Origin: an uncultured Gemmatimonadaceae bacterium
Lineage (GTDB): Bacteria; Gemmatimonadota; Gemmatimonadetes; Gemmatimonadales; Gemmatimonadaceae
Length of the DNA stretch: 64,000 nt
Direction of reading: 5' to 3'
NCBI GenBank assembly: GCA_963829055.1
Contig: CAWHHI010000016.1
Location: forward strand, 832,001-896,000
Numbering within the stretch: the stretch's first letter is position 1; each line of letters opens with the position of its first letter. The translations under genes were made by a program, and so were the position numbers. The notes beneath the pieces were generated by a model. That model searched no databases. It had not been told where the DNA came from and saw only the letters and a list, made by a program, of their open reading frames with translations. Shown piece after piece: positions 10,307 through 21,010 of this stretch.

Positions 10307-11290
10307 GACACCCTCGCGAGCCAGTCACGCGCGCGGCCGAGCGCGCGGTCCAGCAGCAATCGCACGAGACCGACTGGCGTCTGCCGCGATGCGGCGACGA
10401 CGAGCAGGCTGCCCAATGGCGCGGGCGTCATGGCGACGACGGCGGCATCGGCCTCGACGAGCAACGACGTCCACGCACCGAGGCCCAGATGGCGCATCGC
10501 GCGCTCCGCCTCGCTGCTCACCCCCGCCAGCTCGGCTGCAACGATGTCGGCCACGTCGTGGCCGTTCGCGTCCTGGTACGAGCCCGCGAGCACGAGACCG
10601 TCGGCATCCACCAGCAACGCGGTCTGGTCGGGTCCCTCGAGCGCGGGAACGAACAGCTGTCGCGCGCGAGTGGGGTCGGGTGCGGGGTATTCAGGGATCG
10701 CGAACGGCGCAGCGGTTGACTGGTGCGCGCACATCACTCGAAACGGACGGCTCCGCCGGCCGTCGTGAGACGATCGCGTCAGGCGGCGAAGGCATCGATA
10801 CCTCAGCAGGCATTGCCTCCGCAACCATCGTGTGCGCACCGTTGGCCCGTACGCCGTTCGACGCGGTGTTCGCCACATTCGCGGCCTGCGAGCCCCGCGC
10901 GAATCGCACGTGCGCCAGTGCCGCAGCGACCGCGGGGTTCTGCCCGTCGGCAGCGGAGGACGAGAGCCGCCGTTCGGCACTCTCGAAGTCGCCGCGTCGA
11001 AAATCAACGAACCCGAGCCCGAGGCTCGCCTGCGCGTGCGACGGATCCAGACGCAACGCCATCTCCCACTCGTCGGCCGCGCGCTCGACATCACCACGGT
11101 CCGCGTGAATACGCGCTAGCACATCGTGCGCGTCGGCCAGATACGGATGGCGATCCAGGCCACGCAACGCAACACGCAACGCGATATCGAGCTGTCCCGC
11201 GCGACGCAGCGCATCCGCGAGCGGCAGGAACACGAGGCTCGACGGATCGCGCGCCAGGTCATCGCTCAGACGACGAATCTCGTCAGCCAT
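10303..11290 (-). CDS. TPR + C-terminal roadblock/LC7 protein; indel near 10720
   Basis: N-terminal DPSSLVFLPLADALRRAG TPRs; C-terminal ALLVDADGLVLAG ... TPVGLVRLLL. Confidence 0.75.
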
Positions 11291-12432
11291 CATCGACTCC
11301 CTTGAGCAGCGCGCGCAGTCGGACCACACAGTCGAGCATCTCGCGGACGCGGGGCACAGCCGGCCGATCGCCCGCCTCCATCAAGTACCGCTGCCACGAC
11401 AGGATCGCCTGGTCCATCCCCGCGCTGCGCGCCGCGGTCGCGCCAAGCGCGAGCAGCACCTCGGGGTTGCGCGGCTCGATCTGCGCCGCGCGGCGGAGCG
11501 CGTCCAACGCCTCGGACTCGCGCTCGAGCCGCATGAGCGACCGCGCGACAAGCACCTGCGGCTCGGCGCGCGTGGGCGCGGCGCGACTCGCTGACATGGC
11601 GGCCGCGAGTGCCTCGTCGAGGCGTCCGTCGCGAAGTGCCTGACGCGCGAGCTCGATGTGCGGCGCCGGATCATCGCCGGGAAGTGGCTCGACGATCGCG
11701 AGCTTCTCCGCCGACCCGGACCTGAATGATGCCGGTGGAAAGCAGACCGTACGCGATCTTCGCGACGTCGAACTCGCTGCGTCCGAGGCGCATCGCGATG
11801 CCGCGCAGATCGGTCTGGCCGTCGATCATCGCCAGCATCTCCCACTCGTTCGGCAGCAGATCCAGCAGCGACGGATGATCCTCGTCGATCGGCGCGAGTA
11901 CGGGCACGACCGCGAGATTCGGGATCTTGTGCGAGATACGAGCCCACTCATCGATGCGTCGAGCGCCTTCCATGAGGAGCGACTCCGTGGAGATGCGCGC
12001 CACTGCCTCCGTCGTGGCGTCAGAGGACGGCCCCTCGACGAACGAGAAGAATCCTTCCTGCCACGACATGAGCTCGAAGACGACCGTCTCGATCTGGCGT
12101 CGCACCTGCCGCTCCAGCTCGCGCCACGTTAGGCAGCCGGCCTCGACGAGCAGCTCGCCGAGCCGCTTGCCGTCGGCGCGCTGCGCCTGCGCCGTGCGCG
12201 CCCGCTCGAGGTCACCCTCCGAGATCTTCCCGGCCTTCACGAGCAACGCGCCGAGTGGATGCGGGTTGGTGCGGATGGAGGCGGACACGACACGGCCCGA
12301 TTCGAAGCTCACGATGCCTTCGTTGTCGCGCAACGCGGACGTCACGCGCAACGACCCCGTCTTCCGGCTCAGGTCGAGCAGCTGGAAGACGTCATGGATG
12401 CCGAGCTCGCGGAGCGGTCCCTCGATCGCCAT
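11283..12432 (-). CDS. DUF4388 (PATAN)-MshEN-like-TPR protein; indel near 11700
   Basis: MAIEGPLRELGIHDVFQLLDLSRKTG ... LLMEGARRIDEW ... EFDVAKIAYGL; TPR tail in ORF 11283..11597. Paralogous to 5316..6933. Confidence 0.8.
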
Positions 12433-15278
12433 TACGCGGCTGGCTCCCGTGCGGCGAAGATCCGTTGCAGGTCGGTGGCCGTCCGCGTGTCTCGACGCGC
12501 ACGCCGCGCGTACTCGCTCGCGGGCTCGAGGTCGACGACTCTGCGCCAGCGATCGATCGCGTCACGGTATCGGTGTTGATCAGCCGCCAACACGCCCTCG
12601 AAGTACAGGGCGCCCACGTGTTCCGGATCGAAGCGCAGCACGCGCGCGAACGCGACGGCGGCGTCACTGCGTCGCGTGCTCTCGAACAGCGTCTCGCCAA
12701 GCGATGTCAGCGCGTCGAGATTGTACGGGTCGCGCTGCAGGAGATCAACGAGCAGCGACATTGACTCCGCGTGGCGCTGCAGTCGGCGGCGCAGCGACGC
12801 GAGCGCGAGCGCTGCCTCGGTGTACGTGGGCACCGAGTCGAGGGCCGACGCGAGCTCCTGCTCGGCGTCGGCGTTCAACCCCTTCATCTCCAGAATCGTC
12901 GCCAGCTGGTACCGCACGACCGCAAAGTCAGGATCGAGCGTGAGCGCATGACGATACGCCTCGATCGCACTCTCGAAGTCGCCGATGGATCGCGCGACGT
13001 CGCCGATCTGCTTCAGTACGTCGGCTCGCGCAGGCGCACCACGACGCGCTCGCTCGAGCGCCTCGAGTGCCGCCGCGGGATCACCACCGTCCGCACGAGC
13101 GGTTGCCGCGAGTATCAGCATCTCCGACATCGGTAGGCGACGGCGCTCAACAGGTCCTCGGCCAGTGGACGCGCTTCGGCGCCGCGCCCAAGCATGATCA
13201 GCACGCGCACCTCTCCCGCGGTGGCGCGCCGAGCGGCGGGAGACGCGACACCGGACGCATCGGTCGCCGCGGAGCGGGCGCCGCGATACCGCTCCAGCGC
13301 TTCGCCGTACGCACCCTGCTTGGCGAACACGTCGCCTAACAACGTCAGCCCCTCCACCGCTTCGCCGCCACGCCCCAGCACTCGGCTCGCTTCCGCGGAC
13401 GCGCGATCGAGCAAGCCTTTCGACAAGTAGTCGGCAGCAGCCGAATACGGGGTGCCCGCCGGAGTGGGCGGCACGGGAGTGGGGGCGACAGGCGCGAGCT
13501 CGGTGAACAACGAGTCGAGCACGCCGATGTCAAACGCGAACTCCTCGACTGATCCGTCGGTGCGCTTCTCGCCGCCGAGATCAGGCACGATCGCGAACTG
13601 TGGATCCTCGAACTCCAGGTCGATCGCGAGCTCGAACTTCTGCTGCACGTAGTACGGATCGATTTCGAGCGCGCGCTTCGTCGCCTTGAGCGCACCCTCG
13701 TAATCGCCGAGGTTCGAAAGCACGAAACTGAGATTGTAGTGCGCCTCGGCGTAGTTCGGCCTGGCCTGAATGGCGCGGCCGTACGCGTTGCGGGCGTCCT
13801 CGAGCTTCTTGAGCTCGACGAGCACGAGCCCCACACCGTTCCAGGCCATGGGCTGTTCGGGCTCGAGCTGAAGCACCTGACGATACGCCTCGAGGCATAA
13901 CGGCAGACGCTTGTTCTTGAACAGCAGGAGCGCGAGGTTGAGCCGCGCCTTGATGAACGACGGCTGCGCCTTGAGCGCGAACCGGAACGCCTCGACCGAT
14001 GCCTCGGCGTTGCCGATGTGATACAGCGCGACGCCGAGGTTGTTGAGACCTAACGCGTACTTCGGATCGCACGCCACGCCGCGCCGGTAACTCTCGGCGG
14101 CTTCGGCGTAGCGGCCGTCCTGATGGAGCGCGATGCCGCGTTCATTCCAGAGCTTCGGGCTGTCCGGACGCGTCGCGAGCAGCTTGTCGTACAGCTGCGC
14201 GGCCATCGCCGGCTCCTTCTTGAGCAGGTGCACCTCGGCCATCGCCTGCAGCACCAGCTCCGCGTCCTCGCCTCGGTCGGCCGCGAGGCGGTATTCGCGA
14301 AGCGCTTCGGCGTAGTAGCCCTTCTGACGGAACGCGAGACCGAGGTTGAAGTGCGCGAGCTGTCCTTCCGGCGCGACGGCCATCTCGCGATCCAGCGCGC
14401 GCGCCGCGCGTTGGGCGACGACGGCTTCGTACGTCTGCGGCGTACTGCGGTCGAGCGACAGATTCGCGTGCGCACGGGATAGCGCGGGATTCAGCTGAAT
14501 CGCGCGCTTGGTCGCTTTCTGCGCTTCGTCGTGACGCCCCATGTCACCGAGCACGAAACCGAGCAGGTAATGCGCGTCGGGATTGTCGGGGGCGAGATCG
14601 ATGGACCGCTTGAGTGCGTGCAGCGCCTCGTCGTTCAGCCCTCGGTTGTACAGCACCTCGCCGACGTAGAACTGGATGACCGCGCTCTGCGGATCGATCG
14701 CGAGCGCGCGGGCGAACCAACGCTGCGCCGTCTCGAGGTCGCCGCTTCCCTTCTCAGCGAGTCCGAGCTGGACGATGGCGCCGATGTCGTCGGGATAGAA
14801 GCGCAGGAGGTCGGTGAACTCCGCGACGGCGTTGTCCACCTGGCCGAGGAGCGCGTACGTGCGGCCGAGCTCCCAACGGGCCTCGCGGTCGTCGCCGTGC
14901 AGCCGCAACCGATCGCGCAGCTCCGACACGCGGCGGTCGTAGTAGCCGGTGTTGAAATAGGCGATCTCGAGATTGCGCTGCGCGACTTGCATTTTCGCGT
15001 CGAGCTCGAGCGCACGCGAGAATGCGGCGACGGCCTCGCCTAACAAGCCCTTGTTGTAGTAGAGAACGCCCAGGTTGTTGTGCGCGCCGGCGTCCGAGGG
15101 ATCAATTCGGCGGGCGAACGAGCGGAGGACGTCGCGGTCGCGCTCGGACGTCAGCTGAGCGTTGGGGACTGGCACTGGGGACTGGGGACTGGGGACTGGG
15201 GACTGGGGACTGCTGCTCGACGAACGAGCAGACGTCGGTTGCGAACAGGTCGTCAGCAAGGGAGTCGGGAATCGTCAT
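12432..15278 (-). CDS. Large multi-TPR protein (~950 aa); indel near 13130, start uncertain
   Basis: ORFs 13115..15259 and 12432..13130 are mostly TPRs (AHNNLGVLYY, AHYLLGFVL, AWNGVGLVL, AHYNLSFVL). Confidence 0.8.
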
Positions 15279-15350
15279 GCCGCGGCCTCGGGCACGCAGC
15301 CACCTAACGCGCGTCCCCCAGTCCCCAGTGCCGAGTCCCCAGTCCCCAGT
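15163..15350. repeat. Inverted heptamer arrays (GGGGACT)n ... (CCCCAGT)n
   Basis: Arms at 15163-15212 and 15316-15350; the left arm encodes SPQSPVP in the TPR protein N-terminus. Confidence 0.9.
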
Positions 15351-15354
15351 CGGT

Positions 15355-15975
15355 TCATCCCAGACGAACCGCCCTGAGAATCGCCTGAAGCGATGCCACG
15401 TCAGGCAGCAGCAGGAAGAATCCGCGCAGACGCTCGTGCAGGTCGTGCATGTAAAACTCGCTCTCGACGCAGAACACGTAGTCGCGGTCGGTGCCGAACT
15501 GCAGATACGCGGTCGTGAGCACCGCGCTCGACATGTCCACGGCGAGACTCGGCGGCGAGGGCAACAGCATCAGCCCCATGAAGTCGCTCAGCGCATTCAT
15601 GTACGCGCCACTCAGGATGTTGCCCGCTTCCTTGATCGCGGACTGCTCGAGCTCTCCGAGCTCCTTGGACGTCCCAGCTGGCCGACGCAGCATCAGCTCC
15701 GAGAGCCTAACGGCGGTCGACTTCGGAAACACGAGCAGCGTGCGCCCGGTGAGGTCGCCCATCATGTGCATGAGCACCGCGGCGACCGGCTCTTCCGGTC
15801 CGGAGATTTGCGGCGGGACATCCTCGAGCTTGGCGATCGTGATCGTCGGCACGCTGATCATGATCGTGCTGCCGGTCATCTGTGACAGCGCAGTCGCTGC
15901 GTGACCGGCGCCGATGTTCGCCACCTCGCGCAGCGCGTCCACTTGGACCGGCTTCAGATCCCTCAGGTCGTTCAT
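15355..15975 (-). CDS. cheC: CheY-P phosphatase CheC
   Basis: DALREVANIGAGHAATALS and SAIKEAGNILSG motifs. Confidence 0.93.
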   Translation of the reverse strand: MNDLRDLKPVQVDALREVANIGAGHAATALSQMTGSTIMISVPTITIAKLEDVPPQISGPEEPVAAVLMHMMGDLTGRTLLVFPKSTAVRLSELMLRRPAGTSKELGELEQSAIKEAGNILSGAYMNALSDFMGLMLLPSPPSLAVDMSSAVLTTAYLQFGTDRDYVFCVESEFYMHDLHERLRGFFLLLPDVASLQAILRAVRLG

Positions 15976-15985
15976 TCGCGCTCCG

Positions 15986-17940
15986 CTAAAAGAGACTGCT
16001 CACATCGAGGATGAGCGCCGGAACCCCGTCGCCGAGGATCGTCGCCCCGCTGAACACGGAGAGACCGTCCCGCACCGCATCGAACGGCTTGATGACGATC
16101 TCCTGTTGTCCCGTCAATTCGTCCACCACCATTCCGGCGCGCCGGTCGGCCACCTCCAATACGACGACTTGGCCACCCCCCGCGTCGCGCCTTGGTAATC
16201 GGACCACGTCGCGGAGATGCATCAGGGGCAGCACATCGCCGCGGAGCACGAGAACTTCGGCCCCCTTCACGTGGCGAATCGTGTTCGCCTCCAGGTGCAC
16301 GGTCTCGTTGACGTGCGTCATCGGAATCGCGTACGTCTCATCACCAACCTTCGCCAGCAACGACCGCACGATCGCGAGCGTCACGGGCAAACGCACCGTC
16401 ACGGACGTCCCCTCGCCTTTGGTCGAGCGGATGTCCACGGTGCCGCCAAGCGCTCGCACTCGGGCATGCACCGCGTCGATGCCGACGCCGCGACCGGAGA
16501 GGTCGGTCACCTGTCTTGCCGTCGAGAACCCGGGGCGTGCAATGAGACGAACCAGCTCGTCATCCGTGAGCTCGGAGCGGCTCGCGTCCATCAGCCCTAA
16601 CTCCTTCGCACGAGCGAGCACGCGGTCGCGGTCGATGCCCTTGCCGTCATCCGTGACGCGGATCACCACCGCGGACCTGTCGCGCGCCGCGGTCAGCGCG
16701 AGCCGCCCGGTTGGAGACTTGCCCGCCGTCGACACGAACGTCCGGCGCTTCGAGGCCGTGATCGATTGCATTCCGCAGCAGATGCACCACAGGATCGCCG
16801 ATCTCATCGAGCAGCGAGCGATCGAGCTCGATCTCCTGGCCTGAGACCACGAAGTCCACCTGCTTGCCCAGCGCGCGTGCGGCATCGCGGACGACTCGCG
16901 GGAATCGATCGAACACCTGCCACACCGGCACCATGCGACTCGTCATGATGCCGTCCTGCAAGTCAGCCACGAGGCGCGATGCCTGCGTGACGGTCTCCGT
17001 CAACGCCGGCTCGTTGATCGTGGCGGCGAGCTGCTGCAGTCGGCCCCGTGTGATCACGAGCTCGCCGATGAGGTTCATCAGCGTGTCGAGGCGGTGGAGA
17101 TCGATGCGGATGTGTCGGTGTTGCCGCGCCGGCGCAAGCTCGCTCGCGCTGCCCGCCGAGATCGGGAGCAGGTCGGGCAGGTCACCGTTAGGCACGGTAG
17201 CCACGTGTCCGTTCGTGCTCGGTGCCGCCCGCGTTATCACGATATCGGCGACGTAGCCGGCTGCCCGAAGCGCGCGGTCGATCTCGTCATCCGGTGCCGA
17301 CGTATCGAGCCCAATCGTTAGGCGTCCAGCGAACGCCTCGTCGCTGAACGTGCTCGGATCAGGCGTGGTGCTCACGACGGTAGCGAGTGCCCGCGCGCGC
17401 TCGAGCACGAGATACGCACGAACGCCTGGCATCGGCGTGTTCGCCTCCTGCGTGACCACGACCGTGACCGGGGCGACGGCGCTCGCGGCGGCGCGCCTGG
17501 ACGAGCGCTTCTTCCGCGGCTTTGCCGTCGCTGTCGGTGCCGGCGAGTGGACGGCTGGGTTCCGTCGCGGCCGCGGCTCTCAGCGCCGCGATGGTCGTAC
17601 TCGCATCGACGTCCGATTCGCGTCCCGCGACCGACAGCTCGATCGCGCGCTCCAGCATGTCGGTGGCGGCGAACAGCGTGTCCATGAGCGGCGCCGAAAC
17701 AGCGCGCTCGCCGCGTCGGACGAGATCGAGCAACGTCTCGAGCTCGTGGGACACCTCGGCGACGACGGCGTAGCCCATCGTCGCGCTCATCCCCTTCACC
17801 GTGTGCACGGCGCGGAACAGTGCGCCGACCGGCTCTCGCGCCGTCGGCGTTCGTTCCAGCTCGAGCAGCGCGTGATTGATCGCCGAGAGATTGTCCTGAC
17901 TCTCGGTCAGGAACAGCTCGGCGTACCGGGAGGTGTCCAC
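15986..17940 (-). CDS. cheA: Chemotaxis histidine kinase CheA; split by indels
   Basis: Hpt FRAVHTVKGMS; dimerisation LDTLMNLIGELVI; HLLRNAIDHG; DDGKGID; GFST..SGRGVG; C-terminal CheW-like P5. Confidence 0.92.
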
Positions 17941-17980
17941 GGAAAACGCTCAGCGATGAGCGTTCAGAGCGCGATGCGGC

Positions 17981-18343
17981 CTATCCGAGCACGCGCTGCA
18001 CCGCTTCCAGCACGCGACTCGGCTGGAACGGCTTGACCACGAAGTCCTTCGCGCCAGCCTGAATGGCCTCGACCACGAGCGCCTGCTGGCCCATCGCGCT
18101 GCACATGAGCACCTTCGCCTGCGGATCGAACTTCGTGATCTCGCGAACGGCGTCGATGCCGCCCATGTCGGGCATCACGATGTCCATCGTGACCAGGTCG
18201 GGTCGAAGCTGCCGGTATTTCTCGACCGCCTGCACGCCGGTCTCCGCCTCGCCGATGATCTCGAATCCCGCCTGCTGCAGGATGTCGCCGACCATGGTAC
18301 GCATGAAGATCGCGTCGTCACAGATCAAAACGGTATGGCTCAC
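17981..18343 (-). CDS. cheY: Single-domain response regulator CheY
   Basis: VLICDDAIFMR, LVTMDIVMP, CSAMGQQ, FVVKPF. Confidence 0.92.
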   Translation of the reverse strand: MSHTVLICDDAIFMRTMVGDILQQAGFEIIGEAETGVQAVEKYRQLRPDLVTMDIVMPDMGGIDAVREITKFDPQAKVLMCSAMGQQALVVEAIQAGAKDFVVKPFQPSRVLEAVQRVLG

Positions 18344-18425
18344 GTTCCACTCCACACCAAAGGACGGGACGATTCGTACCACGTTATGCAGCGACAGATC
18401 TCGACGATGTCTCGCCGGTACTCAG

Positions 18426-18507
18426 GTCGTCAGTCGTGAGTCCTAAGTGATCAGTCGTGAGTCCCAGGGACTGACAACTGATGACAGACGACTGATGACT
18501 GACAACT
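18426..18507. repeat. Degenerate inverted heptamer hairpin (CAGTCGT / GACTGAC type)
   Basis: gtcgtcagtcgtgagtcc...tcagtcgtgagtccc followed by gggactgacaactgatgacagacgactgatgactgacaac. Confidence 0.7.
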
Positions 18508-18560
18508 TGTCACTCGCCATGCTGACTCGCGTTCTGTCTCTGATGCAACCACTGGTGCAG

Positions 18561-19019
18561 TCACGCCATTACTTGCCGTACGACCGCGGGGATCTCGAGT
18601 ACTATGACGACTCCGTCGTCCAGATGTCCCAAACCGCGCACGATTCCGCCGCGTGCCAGATCACCCGTCGCGGCCTCGAAGCGCTCCGGCGGCATCATCT
18701 GCACGTCGCGCACGTCATCGACCGCCAACCCGACCTGTTTGGTGCCGAATTGGGCGAGCACGATGGACCCGTCGTCTGCGCACGTCGACCCCGCGAGCCG
18801 AGTCGCCAGATCGATTACCGTGACGATGGCGCCGCGGAGGTTGACCAGTCCGCGGACGTACGCCGGGGCGCCCGGGAGCCGGGTCGCATGACGGATCGGA
18901 ACGATCTCTCGTACCGCCGCAATGTCACAGCCGTACACCGTGCCCGCCACCGCGAACAACAGCAGTCGGAGTGCGCCTGTGTGATTCGCGTCAGTCGGTG
19001 CTGTCGCTGTAGAAGCCAA
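18561..19019 (-). CDS. cheW: CheW
   Basis: LLLFAVAGTVYGCDI, LPGAPAYVRGLVNLRGAIVTVIDL; probable TTG start. Confidence 0.88.
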   Translation of the reverse strand: MASTATAPTDANHTGALRLLLFAVAGTVYGCDIAAVREIVPIRHATRLPGAPAYVRGLVNLRGAIVTVIDLATRLAGSTCADDGSIVLAQFGTKQVGLAVDDVRDVQMMPPERFEAATGDLARGGIVRGLGHLDDGVVIVLEIPAVVRQVMA

Positions 19020-20022
19020 AGTGGTCGAGCGGGTCCGGGTGACTCTCGAGCGCGGGATCTCCGGCCGCCGCCGCGAGTGACCGTCTGAGGTCCTCGGGAA
19101 GCGGTGCACGAAGGTCCATCGATTGCCCGGACACCGGATGCCGAAAGCGCAGCCAGGCGGCGTGGAGAAAATGCCGTCGTGCCGACAGCGCCATCAGTCG
19201 CCGACCGCCGCCGCCACCGTACGTATCGTCGCCGACGACCGGATGGCCGACCGACGACAGGTGTACGCGAATCTGATGCGTGCGACCGGTGTGCAGGTTC
19301 GCGCGCAGGAGATCCGTCGCATCGAAGCGGGCGAGGCGGAGAAAGTCCGTCTTCGCCGACCTTCCGGTAGTGACGATCGCCATCCGCGTTCGGTCTCGCG
19401 GATCACGCCCGATCGGGGCGTCGACGGTCAGCGTGTCCCCGTCGATGTGGCCCCACGTGAGCGCGGCGTAGCGTCTGATCACTCGCCGGTCGGCAATCGC
19501 CTTGCTCAGCACGCGGTGAGCGCGCTCACTCTTCGCGACGAGCAGCAGGCCTGACGTGTCCTTGTCCAGCCGGTGCACGATCCCAGCGCGATCGGCGTCA
19601 CCCGACTCGGCCAGTTCGTTCCCGCGCCCCATGAGCGCGTTGACGAGCGTCCCGGTCCAGTTGCCGGGAGCGGGGTGCACGACCATTCCAGCAGCCTTGT
19701 TCACGACCACGAGATCGTCGTCTTCGAACACGACGTCGAGCGGGATCTGTTCCCCGACGATGTCTCGAGATGGAGGCGCAGGCACGTCGACAACGACGAC
19801 ATCGCCAGCGACTGCGCGGTAGCTCGCGCGAGCGAACTGACCGTTGATGGTCACGGCGCGATTCGCGATGAGCGTCGCCGACTGCGTTCGTGAGATGCCA
19901 AGCCGGCCGGCGATGAACAAGTCGAGGCGAACATTGCTGTCCGCCTCGACTGTCAACTCGTGGTGTGCGCCGCGACCGGCCGAGCTGGCGCCGATCGGCG
20001 TGCCCGGACCGGAGTCGGTCAT
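18991..20022 (-). CDS. rluD: RluA/RluD-family pseudouridine synthase
   Basis: S4 domain RLDLFIA, VVNKAAGMVVHP, HRLDKDTSG, TGRTHQIRVH. Confidence 0.92.
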   Translation of the reverse strand: MTDSGPGTPIGASSAGRGAHHELTVEADSNVRLDLFIAGRLGISRTQSATLIANRAVTINGQFARASYRAVAGDVVVVDVPAPPSRDIVGEQIPLDVVFEDDDLVVVNKAAGMVVHPAPGNWTGTLVNALMGRGNELAESGDADRAGIVHRLDKDTSGLLLVAKSERAHRVLSKAIADRRVIRRYAALTWGHIDGDTLTVDAPIGRDPRDRTRMAIVTTGRSAKTDFLRLARFDATDLLRANLHTGRTHQIRVHLSSVGHPVVGDDTYGGGGGRRLMALSARRHFLHAAWLRFRHPVSGQSMDLRAPLPEDLRRSLAAAAGDPALESHPDPLDHFGFYSDSTD

Positions 20023-20029
20023 CGGATTC

Positions 20030-20602
20030 TCACGGTGAGTCCTGAGGACGCGCGGCGGCGCTTGCCGCGTTCGATCCCCTGCTGCTCACGCCCGTCGCTT
20101 CAGCAGCGCGAGCGCGTTCGGCACGATCATCACCCCACAACACCCACGCGAGGAGAAACGCGCCTGTGCTCACCGCCATGTCGGCGACGTTGAACGTGGG
20201 CCATCGCATGTCGCGGAAGCCGACATCGATGAAATCGACGACGCCTTCACTCCAGCGGATGCGGTCGATGAGGTTCCCGAGCGCACCCGCGCAGACGAGC
20301 GCGATGGCGAGCGTGCGAGGCACGTCTCCCTCGCGCGTCGATTGATAGAGCCGCCACAGGATGACGAGCGCGCCCACGGTCAGGACCATGAAGATGTACC
20401 GGGAGTAATCCCCGAGGTACAGACCGAAGGCCGCGCCCTTGTTGCGCACCAGTGTGAGCCGGAGCGCATCACCCGCGACTTGCTGCGGCGTGAACAGAGT
20501 CAGCGTGTTCAACGCGATCATCTTCGTCACGACATCCGCGACGACGATGCACGCGACCACCGGCCAGAACACGACCGCGTTGGGGCTACTGCTTCTTGGC
20601 AT
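20030..20602 (-). CDS. lspA: Lipoprotein signal peptidase II
   Basis: NKGAAFG, GALGNLIDR, VVDFI, FNVAD. Confidence 0.93.
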   Translation of the reverse strand: MPRSSSPNAVVFWPVVACIVVADVVTKMIALNTLTLFTPQQVAGDALRLTLVRNKGAAFGLYLGDYSRYIFMVLTVGALVILWRLYQSTREGDVPRTLAIALVCAGALGNLIDRIRWSEGVVDFIDVGFRDMRWPTFNVADMAVSTGAFLLAWVLWGDDRAERARAAEATGVSSRGSNAASAAARPQDSP

Positions 20603-21008
20603 CTTCCTCGCGCTGCTTGCATTCGATGCAATACCGCGCGTGCGGAAGCGCATCGAGACGCTCGTAGGCGATCTCCTGTCCACAGTTGTGACACTTGCCG
20701 AACGTATCCGGGGCTCGATAGAGCCGGCGGAGTGCTTCGTCGATGTGCCAGAGGAATCGACCCTCCTGGCTCGCGAACAGGAACGCCTTCTCGCGCTCCA
20801 TCGCGTCGGTGCCCTGATCGGCCATGTGAAACGAGTAGGAGCTCAGATCGCCGTCAGCCGATTGTGGCGTCGACCCAAACGTCTCGTCATAGTGGCCGAG
20901 CTCCTTCAGCACCCGACGGCGCTCTTCGAGCAGCCTCTTCTCGAAGTGCTGAAGGTTCTTCTTGTTCATCGACTTTGCCTTCTTCGTGCCGCCGCTTGCG
21001 GTTGGCAT
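20586..21008 (-). CDS. TraR/DksA C4 zinc-finger protein
   Basis: Coiled coil with HMADQG tip; CHNC ... RLDALPHARYCIEC. Confidence 0.88.
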   Translation of the reverse strand: MPTASGGTKKAKSMNKKNLQHFEKRLLEERRRVLKELGHYDETFGSTPQSADGDLSSYSFHMADQGTDAMEREKAFLFASQEGRFLWHIDEALRRLYRAPDTFGKCHNCGQEIAYERLDALPHARYCIECKQREEDAKKQ

Positions 21009-21010
21009 CG

